A DNA stretch of 58,965 bases, the filler included. It is 7 parts of 7 records of this genome, joined end to end, with 100 filler letters (N's around TTAATTAATTAA, not from the genome) between each part and the next. Parts side by side here need not be neighbours in the genome. Positions count along the whole stretch, not along the records: positions 1 to 12,878 come from SRR31147125_26538; positions 12,979 to 21,508 come from SRR31147125_26676; 5 more parts are not named here. One strand, given 5' to 3'. Numbering within the stretch: the first letter of the stretch is position 1; each line of letters starts with the position of its first letter. Of the stretch, positions 9,964 through 21,608 are shown piece by piece. The notes below the pieces were generated by a model that did no database searches, was not told the DNA's origin, and was given only the letters and a program-made list of their open reading frames with translations. The position numbers and the translations under genes were made by a program.

Positions 9964-10778
9964 ATGAACAATTTAGATTATGATTTTCCTATTACACGTA
10001 TTCCTTGTCCTATTGACAGCATAACTGGTGTTTGGGAGTTTGTTCGTCCTCCATTTTTTAAGTATCTCTGTTACTCCCTACCTGGCCATTTACTTCATCT
10101 GGTAAAAAAGGAGCCTACACAGTTAAAATTAATAATATACCATATCATGTAAAAGCAGGTGACATTATTTACTACTACGAGTCGGAAGAAGTTGAAACAA
10201 TTGGAGATGAAAGCGAAGTAATCTTTTATTCAGTCGGATTTCAAGCACCAAAATTGCTGCCATTGCCAAATGAGATGAGGGTTTTTACCGCCAATAAAGG
10301 AACTCAAGCACTTTTTCAAGAGCTTTATGAGGGGTTTGCTTCAAGTGATTTAATTAATCGGAGTTTCATTATTTATTCGAGCCTGTTAAATATTTTAAAT
10401 AACATTGGAGGTTTACGCAGCGATACACATAAGCACATTGAAATAAAAGAAGAATTATGGTTAACACTAGAAAGACGTATTCGAATAAATAGATTATTCA
10501 GAATAACCCATGATGAATTGTGCGAGATGGCAGGTTATAGCAAATCGACAATTATACGTTCGTGCAGAAAAGCAACAGGGGAAACCCCTATGCAAAGGAT
10601 TCAGAAAATTCGAATGGAGGAAGCCAAAGGACTTTTAAGATTTGCTTATCTCAACGTTACTCAGGTGGCAGATTATCTGGGATATCAACGTATTCATGAG
10701 TTCTCACGTGAATTTTCCAGATTTTATGGCAAACCTCCCAGTGAATTATTCTCAAAAAAAGGGGATACTAAACATTGA
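9964..10778 (+). CDS. AraC-family transcriptional regulator (frameshift in A6 run near 10104-10109)
   Basis: C-terminal double HTH (TGETPMQRIQKIRMEEAKGLL...NVTQVADYLGY...FSREFSRFYGKPP). Adding one A joins the cupin N-terminus (HLLHLVKKGAYTVKIN). Confidence 0.9.
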
Positions 10779-11086
10779 TTTCAAACGTCAAACGTCATTA
10801 CTGGTAAAGTAAAAAACCTGTTTTTAGGACTGCTCCGAAATAGCCACAACCGTGAAACCAATCCCCAACATCATTGCACCTACCGAATACGAAACCTGGA
10901 TTTTTGGGTGGATCAGAAGAAACTACTTTCTGTTTGCTAATAATTTGTTGGCAAGGATTGCCCCTTTTTCTTAACAAAAAGAAACCTGCATTACAAAAAT
11001 TAATGTCAAAAAAGTAGTAATAAATGGCTTCATCATTTTAATAATTCTATAAGTCTAAAATTGTACAAACACATATGTTTTGTTTC

Positions 11087-12878
11087 CTACACAGAGTACA
11101 GAAAAAATTCGGCTACTTTAGCCATTTTCTGCTGTCGTGTTGCCGAATTAATTTTAAACTTTACAGCTTTTACTTTCACTTTTGTTTCAAAAGTAATCCT
11201 TCGTTCTACCGGGTTGTTATCCACATTTCCAAACTTTCCTGATTTTATTTCTTCCCACTTTCCTTTGCTGTTTTTAATGAAGAAAGTGTAGGATTCTACT
11301 CTACCAGGTTCATCGGGCGCACCTTGTGGTGGCAAATAGCCAAAACCTGATATTTCTGTTTCTTCCAACAATTCAATTTCAAAACTCCTGTCCGATTTTT
11401 TATTCAGGTTGAAATTTGTGGTTGTTTCTGGGTTACTATCGAAAAGATACTTGCTGTTATCACCGCCTTTTATATTCCAGTTTGTGGGATCAATTCCAAT
11501 TTCCTGCGAGCTTTCCAGTATCCACTCACCTTTGTTGTCCGATACTGCAATGGCTTTTACATGAGCTCCCATTGGCAAATCAAACGGTCCGGTGTATTTT
11601 TTTGCAGCTTCTCCTAACGAAGATGAGCCATCGAGCGTATATTTTATCGGCAAGCCTTTTCCTTCAATAACAATTTTTCCATTACTGGTTCTTGAAATTT
11701 CAGGTCCTGCAAGCAATTTGGGCGCCTGATACAATTCGAGCGTTGCCAGGTTTGGATTTTTGCGGCTACCGGTAATGCGGATACGCAAGCGGCTGGTGGT
11801 AGTTTCAGGAATTCTTAATAAACGACGAATACCAATAGTAGTTGCTTTACCAATGTTTTCCCACTTCACGTTTTTCCAGGCATCCACTTCAAAGCTTTCA
11901 ACACGCTGTCCAAAATCAACAATATTTTCCTGAAGTTTAATCACATTAAATGTCTGTTCGCCGTACAAGTCAACAATAATTTCTCCTGTAGTTTCCTGTT
12001 CAGGTGCCAGCCAACAAGTTCTTATATCCTCATCAAATAAATAATTGGCAGCATAACCTCCTGCATGAACAGCTCTGGATTTAGCAACTGCCCCGTCGGC
12101 ATAATTTTTTTGGTACATGGCAGCCAGATATTTTCCCAATTGCCCCATTAACACAACATCATTTTCAGGAACAAGTCCACAGTTATCGGGCGATAGGTTT
12201 ACAAGTACATTGCTGTTTTGCCCCACTGTTTCGAAATATGATTTAACCATGTAGTCGAGGGTGCGGGTATGTTGACCTGGTTTCCAGAACCACTGGTGAC
12301 GCACTGGTAGCCCGCCTCTGGCAGGGTACCATGTAAGCTGCCTGAACTTATCCAGTTCTGTAATGGCTCCCAGTTGTTTGGCTGTTAGGGGCACATTACT
12401 GTCGAAACCTGAGAAATCAGCCTCTTCAAGCTGTACGCCTTGCACGCCCCATTCAGTAAAACGACCCCGGCCTCCTTCGTTTCCTACCCAGCGAATATCG
12501 GGCCCGGCACCGGAAATGAGTGCTTGTGGTTGCAGATCCCTTATTGTTTTATAAATACGTGGCCAGTCAAAATTCATTTTCACGCCACTTACTTTCGGGT
12601 CGATTCCTGCCCCGTCGAACCAAACCAGGTCGATGTTGCCATATTTGGTCAACAACTCGGTCAGTTCATTTATCATCAGGTCATTGTATTCCGGTTTTCC
12701 GTAAGGTTGCTGTTTATCCCACGGCGAATAATAAACACAGGTGCGAATTCCTTCGGAACGGCAGGCATCGAAAAATTCGCGTACCACATCGCCTTTCCCG
12801 TTTTTCCATGGCGTGTTTTTTACCGAGCGTTCGCGGTAGGCACTTGGCCACAAACAAAAACCATCGTGGTGCTTGCAT
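11087..12878 (-). CDS. Alpha-L-fucosidase, GH29, with F5/8-type C-terminal modules (5' end truncated by contig break)
   Basis: CKHHDGFCLWPS at the contig edge, YYSPWD, WFDG nucleophile motif, DIRWVGNE. Confidence 0.92.
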
Positions 12879-12978
12879 NNNNNNNNNNNNNNNNNNNNNN
12901 NNNNNNNNNNNNNNNNNNNNNNTTAATTAATTAANNNNNNNNNNNNNNNNNNNNNNNNNNNNNNNNNNNNNNNNNNNN
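12879..12978. other. Artificial contig spacer
   Basis: N44-TTAATTAATTAA-N44. Confidence 0.99.
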
Positions 12979-14446
12979 TTTGGAACGTGGTGGTTATTAC
13001 TTGTTAAACGGGACTGTTAGTACAGTTAGTGCGGCACCTCTCAGAATTGTCGCTGCAAAAGGTGAGGGTGCTAAACCCATAATAATTCCAGCAGTAAGTG
13101 AATCCGGCTCCGCAGGTCGAGCTTTCACACCCGGCGGGGATGTTGAAGCGATGGGATTATATGTGAGCGGTATGGATAACCTGGGAAATCAGGCCACAAA
13201 AAATATGTTCAGATGCAATGGTGAAGGAGCCCGTATCACAATTAATGATTGTTTTCTGGATCACGATGCACAATCATTTATTAGAATGAATGCGGACGAA
13301 CAAAAACTTTATCTGACCAATTCCATTTTAAGAAACTCAATGTTAGTGGCAAATCCCAATAATGGTCGTTTTATAGATACACGCGGAAATACGCAGGACA
13401 GTATATTTATAAACAACAGTACAATGTATTTAGCAAGTTCTAATCCAATAAGTGGTGGCGGTATAATCAAAAACTTGGTTCTTGATCATGTTACTGTTTA
13501 TCAATCAAGAGGTACTATGACTATTGATCGTATGATTAATTCAACCATTACAAACTGTTTGTTTATTGATTATGATTTTGAAGGCAATAAATTTGATCCA
13601 ACAATGCCAGGAGCTGACAGCCTGCAATCTGATTTTGTTCCTATTGATACACTCGATTCGGAATTAGCAACAGATGACCAGCGAAATATCACGATTGCGA
13701 ACAATGTTTACGGTTGGACTCCAGAGATAACCGCACTATTTAGTAGTATCGACACAGTGAAAGCAACACCCATGCATAATGCATTAACTCTGAGATTTAT
13801 CAATACCTACCCCAATATGGTTTCCGAGAACAATATCGAAGAGTATCCCGTATTTTCTGATCCGCCTGATCCTGCTGTGGTCGCAGCTTATGCTTTGCAT
13901 CGGCATGCTACCCAGGAAAGTAATGAGAATAATCCGGATCCACGGGCTGATAGAAATGGAATAGCAGCATTAACAGACGATCCTGCCAGTGTCGGGCCAG
14001 CTCCTGATGAGTATGATTTTGATTATGCCACTGATTCTCAGTCCTATACCCACGCTGAAGGTGGATTTCCGGTAGGTGATTTGAACTGGTTCCCGGACAA
14101 AAAAGCAGAATGGGAAGCCTGGATTGCGACCGGGGTCGAGTCGAAAAAAACAGAATCTATTCCAATGACATTTTCTTTAGGCCAAAATTACCCGAATCCT
14201 TTTAATCCATCAACAAACATTGTCTATCAATTGAAATCAAATTTACATATTAAATTGAATGTTTTTAATTCACTTGGTCAACATGTGCGCACATTGGTCA
14301 ATAATGAAAATCAACAAGCTGGAGCCTATAAAGTTCAGTGGAACGGCTTAAATGACGCCGGCCAGCAAGTGGCAAACGGTATCTATATGTACCGTCTTGA
14401 AGCTGGCGATCATGTTCAAACTATGAAAATGGTTATGATGAAATAA
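12979..14446 (+). CDS. Secreted beta-helix-like protein with C-terminal FlgD-Ig/T9SS-type sorting domain (5' truncated)
   Basis: Asn-rich beta-helix-like repeats, GFPVGDLNWFP, and C-terminal FSLGQNYPNPFNPST...WNGLND...GIYMYRL...KMVMMK. Confidence 0.75.
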
Positions 14447-14465
14447 CACGTGGAAAAGCCCTAGT

Positions 14466-14503
14466 CGGACGATGATTTGATAATAAAATGAAATCATCGT
14501 CCG
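14466..14503 (+). terminator. Inverted repeat, probable terminator
   Basis: Perfect 13-bp IR CGGACGATGATTT / AAATCATCGTCCG about 20 nt after the stop; weak U tract. Confidence 0.6.
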
Positions 14504-14586
14504 TGCTTAAAATTTAAGAATACGTTTCCTGAAAAAGATCACATTGTGGAAAGTTCATTTAAATTTATCTGGGTAAAAAAAATAAC

Positions 14587-16286
14587 ATGAATAAAATTTT
14601 CAGAAACACAATCTTTATTTGTTCCTTCCTTCTTTGCGGGGCAGGTATGAGTCAGGAACATATTGAAAAGGAGCAATCCACATATCCTGCAGATTATGTT
14701 ATTGGTTTTGAATCGAACTTTCCGCAAAGTGATTGGGATAAAAAACGACAAACCGCACGTTTTGCAGGTGCAGAACCGGTTTTGTTTTTGAATGATACGT
14801 TCATCCTGGGCTGCAGAAATATCACCCGCTCTCTGCACTCACTTGAGAAACGATTGAAACCATTATCGTTTCCAATACCGCAATCTCTGATAAAGTCGAT
14901 TACTGTCGCATCAATAGTTCCGGCTTTTGATGGTAACGGTTATTTTGTCTATTGTCTTGGTACATACAAAGATAAAAGTTTATATACGATTTTTCGGACG
15001 ATAGATGGGATCACGTTCAGCCCTGTCATGGTAAATCAAATTCCATCTGAAAAGATTTGGGACGATCTCTTGCCAAATGATCATCCCCAAAATAACAATG
15101 TGCTGAACTTTAATGGTCTGTGTGGATTAGATTTTACCCCGTATTATACATCATTTTTTAAAGTGCCTGAAGAAATGAATTATCCTTATCGGGCCATTTT
15201 TATCAGTTCAAAACCGCGTCCCAGAAAAGCAATGATATTGAGATCAAAAAATGGTCTCGATTGGGAGCCTATGCCAAATCAAAAACTGCATAAAGTTAGA
15301 TATGAGGCGAACAAGCCAACCTACGATCCCTTTCAAAATCGCTATCTTTGTTATTTGCGTTTATGGGACCCGCACAATGGGCCCGTTTCGCGATGGCGGA
15401 AGGTTCTTTTAACGAAGCCATTCTGACACCGGACGGTATAGAGTGGACGGACAAGGAACTTTTATTAGCAGCCAATGAAGCTGATGGGCCTTCCACAGAC
15501 ATTTACTATATGCAGGTCACTGGTTATGCAGGCGCTTATATCGGCATACCGGTATTGTATCACAGACCCTCTTCATTAGATCCCGAAAGAGTTGGCAAAT
15601 TCCATTGTGAATTAGCCTGTAGCCGTGATGGACGAAATTGGAATCGGGTTTGCCAGGGACAACCCATTTTAATGACTGGACCAGCAGGGACCTGGGACAC
15701 GGGATTAGTAGGCATAAGCACTAATCCCGTTATTATCAATGACAGTTTATATTATTATTACTGGGGGCGATTCAATACACACGATGAACCGCCGACACCG
15801 GATTATCATGTGGATGCCGGGCTCGCTACCCTGCGGATCGATGGTTTTGTTTCACTGGATGCAGGGCAGGAAACGGGAACCCTGGTTACCACGTCTTTTT
15901 GGCCAAAAGGAAAATACTTGTACATTAACGCAGATGCCAGTAACGGCGAAATTCGCGTTGAAGTGCTGCAGGATTATTATTATGTCGAATTGGAAAAGGA
16001 TAATAATCCGGACCAGGTGAAAGGCTTGTTCCGTGCTGAAAACTGCATTCCCTTCACAGTCGATGCTCTTGCACATCGTGTCGAATGGAAAAACAAGGAA
16101 AATTTTGTTGACAATTTTCCCAAAGATTGGAATGATTTTTTACCCGAACAGAAAAAGAAAAGAACATTTTCCAAACGAGCCATCGCCTTAAAGTTTTATA
16201 TGAAAAATGCCAAACTCTATAGTTTCTGGTTTGCTGATGAAAAATTGCCATTGGAAAAAGGGCGGCTAGTGCCCATCACAAAATAG
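14587..16286 (+). CDS. Putative exported beta-propeller glycoside-hydrolase-like protein (frameshift near 15415)
   Basis: Signal peptide and Asp-box-like motifs (TIDGITF, SKNGLDW, SRDGRNW), plus GTWD, YYWG, LATLRIDGFVSL. ORFs 14587-15426 and 15348-16286 join with one extra base (KVLLTEAILTPDG). Confidence 0.6.
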
Positions 16287-16418
16287 AAATTAACTGAAAA
16301 AGACTATTATAAAGTTCAATAGAGCAAAATAAAAAAAAGTGCTGCTCTCACGGTTCTCGCTCGTTTTGTCAGGTGTCTTTGATCAAGTGCAATTTAATTT
16401 TAAGGATAATGTTATATC

Positions 16419-17279
16419 ATGACTAGATCAGGTCAATATCTCTGTAAAGTGACGCTAAATCAGCTTGTGTTAATATTGTTTATTATTGGTATTGTCATTA
16501 CCAATATGAGTTGTTTTTCAGATCCGGCTATGCCGCAGAAAGGTATCTGTGCCCACCGTGGTGCCCGGAATACACATCCGGAAAATACGATTGCTGCTTT
16601 TAAGGAAGCCATCCGACTAGGTGCTCACATGATAGAATGTGATGTGCAGTTATCCAAAGATAAAAAAATGGTCATTATGCATGATGCGACAGTGGATCGC
16701 ACAACCAATGGTACAGGAAAAGTATCTGAACTATCGCTCCACGAATTAAAAGCTCTGGATGCAGGTTCGTGGAAAGATCCGGTATTTAAAGGAGAAACCA
16801 TCCCGTCACTGCACGAAGTATTGGCGATAATGCCACGAAATGTATGGTTGAATTTGCATTTAAAAAATAATGTTGCTCTTGGACAAATGGTTACAAAATT
16901 GCTGGTTGAAGAGAAACGGCTACATCAATCGTTTTTGGCCTGTAATAAGGAAACGGCCAGATCTGCAAAAACTGTGAACAAAAATGTAAAAATGTGCAAT
17001 ATGGACAGGACAGACAATACCTGGAAATATGTAGATGAAACAGTTAAAATGAATGCAGATTTTATTCAATTGAAGCGTAGGTCCTATAATATACTTGCTG
17101 AAACAACAAACAAATTAAAAAAACATGGAATACGGATAAATTATTTTGGAACGAATTCGGCTGAAACACTTGAAATGCTTTTCAGGTATGGCATCGACTT
17201 CCCACTGGTAGATGATCTCGAACCCATGATGAAAGCTGCAGGAGATTTGGGGATCGAACCATTAATACCTTTGTATTGA
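16419..17279 (+). CDS. Glycerophosphodiester phosphodiesterase (GDPD family)
   Basis: AHRGA...PENTIAAF, IECDVQLSKD, IMHDATVDRTTNG. Confidence 0.92.
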   Translation: MTRSGQYLCKVTLNQLVLILFIIGIVITNMSCFSDPAMPQKGICAHRGARNTHPENTIAAFKEAIRLGAHMIECDVQLSKDKKMVIMHDATVDRTTNGTGKVSELSLHELKALDAGSWKDPVFKGETIPSLHEVLAIMPRNVWLNLHLKNNVALGQMVTKLLVEEKRLHQSFLACNKETARSAKTVNKNVKMCNMDRTDNTWKYVDETVKMNADFIQLKRRSYNILAETTNKLKKHGIRINYFGTNSAETLEMLFRYGIDFPLVDDLEPMMKAAGDLGIEPLIPLY

Positions 17280-17418
17280 AATAATGATCGTCTTAATAAT
17301 TGAAAAAAATGATTAATATACTATCAGGAAAAACAATTCAAACAGCACCTTGATGAGAGCAAAATTTACTTACTCAATTTAAATATCGGGTTACCTGATT
17401 ATTTAATAGGAGGAAAAG

Positions 17419-18165
17419 ATGAAACGTAATTTATTTTTTATTTTGTTTTTATTTCTTGTGGAGGGAACTGTTTTTGGTCAGGGTAGTGAACTGGCTGTTC
17501 ATTTCTTTGGCATTGGTTCCATTCCAAATGGAGATTTTGGTGAAAAAATCGCACAAGATACAAAGTTGATGCGAAGATCTGGTTTTCAGATCGGAGATAA
17601 GATCGGACTTGCAGGTTCAGGTTATGGTGGTGGGTTTGAGCTTATTTCTCCCATTGGGATTCGTAGTATTCAATGGATTTTTAGCAGTAAAGCGATCATT
17701 AATGTAACGAAATCAGAATCAGTACAAGAACATTTCAGTTCGGAATTGGAAACTACAACGCTGGAACTTGACTATGGAACATGGCTAAACATTCCTGTCA
17801 TGAGTGGTTTCCGGTATGATTATTTATTTACGTCAGGAGTCACCATTTATGGAACGCTTCAGGCAGGCGTTAATTTTTCCAAATTGGCGTCAAGAAAAGC
17901 CATTGTTGAAAATGTAACTGTTGAAGAAACAGAATTTGATTTTGCCAGGGATTTCGGCTTTGAATGTGGGATCGGCCTTTTGTTTAATCAGCGCTACAAC
18001 CTTGGATTCCGGTATTTAAATTTGAGCACACCACGATTCGATGGAAATCAAAAATTGTCTGAAACCGTTTTCCCTGGCATATTTTCACGGGAAAAAGACA
18101 TTATGGGCGAAGAAAGATCCATTTCAATGTTCATAATGACATTTGGTGTACAGTTGTTCAAGTAA
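17419..18165 (+). CDS. Outer-membrane beta-barrel protein
   Basis: AGGAGG RBS, signal peptide, alternating beta-strands, C-terminal FGVQLFK. Confidence 0.65.
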   Translation: MKRNLFFILFLFLVEGTVFGQGSELAVHFFGIGSIPNGDFGEKIAQDTKLMRRSGFQIGDKIGLAGSGYGGGFELISPIGIRSIQWIFSSKAIINVTKSESVQEHFSSELETTTLELDYGTWLNIPVMSGFRYDYLFTSGVTIYGTLQAGVNFSKLASRKAIVENVTVEETEFDFARDFGFECGIGLLFNQRYNLGFRYLNLSTPRFDGNQKLSETVFPGIFSREKDIMGEERSISMFIMTFGVQLFK

Positions 18166-18177
18166 CAGGAGATATGG

Positions 18178-19197
18178 ATGAAAAAAAGATTGCTTGTATT
18201 GGTTTCAGTACTTTTTGTTTTTGCCTGTTCAAAATCTTCGAATTTTATATGCAGAGATTACTCAAAAGTTTATTTTTTATCCAACCGGGATGCTCTGAAA
18301 GGACAATTTGATATTTTTCAAATGGATTTAAATGGTGATAATCAGATTAATCTTACAAAAGCGTTAGAAAGTATTAAAAGTATCTCACGTCCTATGCTTT
18401 CACCGGATGGGATCAAAATTCTATTTGTTGGATTTGATAGAACAAAAACACTGGACATTTTTGATCTGAAAACCAGATCTACTCTGACATTAACAAAACT
18501 GGAAACAGATTTGCCACATGCCTCTTTTTCACCTGATGGGAACTATATATTATTTGTAAATAAAGTTCATTCAAGCAGACAGATATTTCGCATTAATTCG
18601 GATGGCAGTGAAGAAATATTATTGTCAGATTTTAACGGTGAACATTTTGATCCCTGTTTTTCATGTGAAGGAAAGATCGCTTTTATCAGTAAAGTCGGTA
18701 AAGGATTTTCCCTATGCACCATGGATTGGAATGGTGAAAAATTACAAACCATATTAAACTTACCCGGGGCATGTGGCCATCCGTCATTTTCACCGGATGG
18801 TAAAAAAATAGTATTTCATGCTTTTCGAAATGGGAGTCATAATATTTATGTTGTTGATCCTGCCAAAAAACAGGTGGAAAAATTATTCGATAGTGAAGCC
18901 AATGATATAAAACCCATATTCTCTCCGGACGGAAAATATGTCGTTTTCCTTTCGAATGTGAGAGGCATGAAATATCAGGATGTTTTAACAGTCGATGTAG
19001 AAAAACAATCAATAAAGATTGTTTCAAACAAGATAAACTTTATTAATCAAAATCCAAAAATTTCTCCGGATGGAAAAAAGATCATTTTTGAATCTATAAA
19101 GTTCAATAACTCGGAAATTTATATGGTTGATGTTGACGGGAAGAATTTACAAAACTTGAGCAAACATGAGAGCTGGGATTGTAGTCCTTCTTTTTAG
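18178..19197 (+). CDS. TolB-like (PD40 repeat) beta-propeller lipoprotein
   Basis: Lipobox FAC and repeated PxFSPDGKKI motifs. Confidence 0.88.
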   Translation: MKKRLLVLVSVLFVFACSKSSNFICRDYSKVYFLSNRDALKGQFDIFQMDLNGDNQINLTKALESIKSISRPMLSPDGIKILFVGFDRTKTLDIFDLKTRSTLTLTKLETDLPHASFSPDGNYILFVNKVHSSRQIFRINSDGSEEILLSDFNGEHFDPCFSCEGKIAFISKVGKGFSLCTMDWNGEKLQTILNLPGACGHPSFSPDGKKIVFHAFRNGSHNIYVVDPAKKQVEKLFDSEANDIKPIFSPDGKYVVFLSNVRGMKYQDVLTVDVEKQSIKIVSNKINFINQNPKISPDGKKIIFESIKFNNSEIYMVDVDGKNLQNLSKHESWDCSPSF

Positions 19198-19216
19198 TTT
19201 TAAATATGTATTTGTT

Positions 19217-19251
19217 GAAAAGCCCGGACTGTGGGATTGGGCTTTCTATTT
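19217..19251 (+). terminator. Probable intrinsic terminator
   Basis: AAAGCCC...GGGCTTT followed by CTATTT, just after the stop. Confidence 0.55.
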
Positions 19252-19527
19252 ATTCAACAGCAATTATTACAGTTTTCCTTCATAGCGATGCCCGCCTAAT
19301 CTTAATCCCCAAACTCCCCTTGACAAATTTTTAACCGTAAAATAAGGATTGCTAAATTGATAGTATGATATAAAAATGTTTTAGATCCGGAAATATATTA
19401 AAATAATCACGTACGGGAAATGAACTGATAAAATTGCCTGTACATATTTCAAATAGGTGGGCTTTGCCTTAAAAGTGTTCCGGAAAGGACCTGGTTAAAA
19501 TAAAAATCCGGCATTGGTAATATTTTA

Positions 19528-19556
19528 TTGAAATGAAAAGTGATAAACTGTATCTT
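19528..19556 (+). promoter_or_regulatory. Candidate sigma70 promoter
   Basis: TTGAAA-N17-TATCTT about 50 nt upstream of the ATG at 19605. Confidence 0.35.
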
Positions 19557-19604
19557 AATAGTTACAATTAGTGATATAACCATAAAAAAGAGGGCAGTTC
19601 AATA

Positions 19605-21416
19605 ATGAAGAAAAACGTTAATCGATACAGTTTGTTAATTATTTTTTCTCTCTTAATTTTAACGACTTTTTGTAAAGCAGATCAAAAAAATAAAACAGAC
19701 GAAAAGGGTAAAGAGGTTACGTTACTTCTCAAGCCAAGGCCTGGCAATCCAAAAAATTTCAGTGGTGATTTTATTCGCTTGAAAGACGGTCGCATTCTGT
19801 ATTTATACGCTTATGGTATTGGTGATGTCGTAGCAGATGATTCTCCGAGTTGTACTGTTGCCCGTTATTCCAGTGATGACGGAAAAACATGGACATCAGA
19901 TGATGTTGTGGTACACATTGAAGGCGGCCTCTCTTTATTACGATTACCCGATGGTCGAATTGCATTGTTCTATTTGCGGCCTAAAAATATGGGCAAAGAA
20001 TTGTATCCTTTTATGATCATCTCTGCTGATGAAACAAAAACATGGAGCGCCCCGGTCAAGTGTGCCAATGAACCTGGTTATTACACCATAAACAATGATC
20101 GCGTCATACAATTAAAAAACGGACGAATTATTATACCGGTTGCTTATTATGGTTCTGTGGGGTCTACTGACAACAATGGGATTTTTGCTTATTATTCCGA
20201 TGATAGCGGTGAAACCTGGCATCAATCTCAACAAATTCCTAATCCAAAGCGTATTCAATTGCAGGAACCGGGCGTTGTCGAGTTAAAAGATGGCACTGTG
20301 ATGATGTTTATTCGTACGCTCCTCGGTGTACAATATTTCTCCTATTCACGGGACAATGGGGAACATTGGTCCGCGGTTCAGCCAGGCAACATTCAATCGC
20401 CTCTGTCGCCGGCATCCATCAAGCGTATTCCTTCAACAGGAGATCTCCTGCTCGTGTGGAACGACAACTATGATCCGGGACATAAAGATAGTGGTCAGCG
20501 CTCACCTCTTAGTATGGCCATATCCAGGGATGAGGGTAAAACATGGGAAAAGAAGAAAACCATCGAAAGTGATCCAAATGGAATGTACTGCTACACGGCC
20601 ATTCAGTTTTTCAGTGACCATGTCCTGCTGGGACATTCTGCCGGCAATACGAAAGAGAATGCCGGATTGGAAACCACCCAGGTAACCCGTTTGAGTTTGG
20701 ATTGGATTTATCAGGATGCGACACCAAATCCTTTTGTGAAAACAGACAGCGCCGGCACGGTTAAGCTGGCATGTGAGGATAAAAATGCTACAATTCGATA
20801 CACCCTTGATGGAAGCCTTCCTTCTTTTTCGTCAGGCTTATTGTACCAAAAACCTGTTTTCGTATCCCACCCCACGACGTTGCTCTTTCAGGCTTTTGAA
20901 CGGGGTAAAACATACAGCGGCATTGTCTCTGCCAATGTAGGTAGTGATGTTTATCAAAAAGCCTGTCAGGTATCCACAGACTTGATGGCCGGATTAGCCT
21001 ACGGCTATTCAGAATTTGACAGTGAAGTATTTGTATCTAAAGACATTGATGCTCTTCCGGTGATGGGCTCTGGTATTCTTTCACAATTTTCCATCAAAAA
21101 ATGTAAACGGGATCTGAATTTTACGTTTACTTTCGAGGGATATATAAATATTCCCAGAGATGGTAACTATACTTTTTATCTTGAATCTAACGATGGCAGC
21201 GTGTTGTTTATGAATGGATACAAATTTATTGATAACGATGGAACACATGCTATTTATGAAAAATCTGGCTCGACGGCGCTGAGAAAAGGAAAACATAAAA
21301 TCATGTTAAAATATTTTCAAAAGCGTGGGGGCAAGGCATTAAAGGTGTCGTGGAAGGGACCGGGATTTGCAAAAACGGAAATTCCGGCATCGGTTTTATT
21401 TCACGATGAAAAATAA
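19605..21416 (+). CDS. Sialidase-like (GH33/BNR) protein with chitobiase-C/Fn3-associated and PA14 domains
   Basis: Asp boxes SSDDGKTW, SDDSGETW, SRDNGEHW, SRDEGKTW; NNDR and LQEP; IRYTLDGS; PA14 motif YTFYLESNDGS...IDNDGTH. Confidence 0.85.
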   Translation: MKKNVNRYSLLIIFSLLILTTFCKADQKNKTDEKGKEVTLLLKPRPGNPKNFSGDFIRLKDGRILYLYAYGIGDVVADDSPSCTVARYSSDDGKTWTSDDVVVHIEGGLSLLRLPDGRIALFYLRPKNMGKELYPFMIISADETKTWSAPVKCANEPGYYTINNDRVIQLKNGRIIIPVAYYGSVGSTDNNGIFAYYSDDSGETWHQSQQIPNPKRIQLQEPGVVELKDGTVMMFIRTLLGVQYFSYSRDNGEHWSAVQPGNIQSPLSPASIKRIPSTGDLLLVWNDNYDPGHKDSGQRSPLSMAISRDEGKTWEKKKTIESDPNGMYCYTAIQFFSDHVLLGHSAGNTKENAGLETTQVTRLSLDWIYQDATPNPFVKTDSAGTVKLACEDKNATIRYTLDGSLPSFSSGLLYQKPVFVSHPTTLLFQAFERGKTYSGIVSANVGSDVYQKACQVSTDLMAGLAYGYSEFDSEVFVSKDIDALPVMGSGILSQFSIKKCKRDLNFTFTFEGYINIPRDGNYTFYLESNDGSVLFMNGYKFIDNDGTHAIYEKSGSTALRKGKHKIMLKYFQKRGGKALKVSWKGPGFAKTEIPASVLFHDEK

Positions 21417-21508
21417 AATTTTGTTGCAATTATAGCAGCATTGTATTCCGGATTGTGCAAGAATATTACATATGTGCAATCACTCTTGTCCAAAATAAAT
21501 GTTTTGTA

Positions 21509-21608
21509 NNNNNNNNNNNNNNNNNNNNNNNNNNNNNNNNNNNNNNNNNNNNTTAATTAATTAANNNNNNNNNNNNNNNNNNNNNNNNNNNNNNNNNNNN
21601 NNNNNNNN
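21509..21608. other. Artificial contig spacer
   Basis: N44-TTAATTAATTAA-N44. Confidence 0.99.

Noticed and set aside
10825-10925. Minus-strand hydrophobic reading (FLLIHPKIQVSYSVGAMMLGIGFTVVAISEQS*)
   Set aside because: Could be a gene remnant, but it is too short and has no identifiable family.
12440-12934. ORFs running into N spacers
   Set aside because: Antisense to GH29 and terminated only by the artificial linker.
19320-19343. TTGACA...TAAAAT promoter-like pair
   Set aside because: The spacer is only 12 nt, which is incompatible with sigma70.
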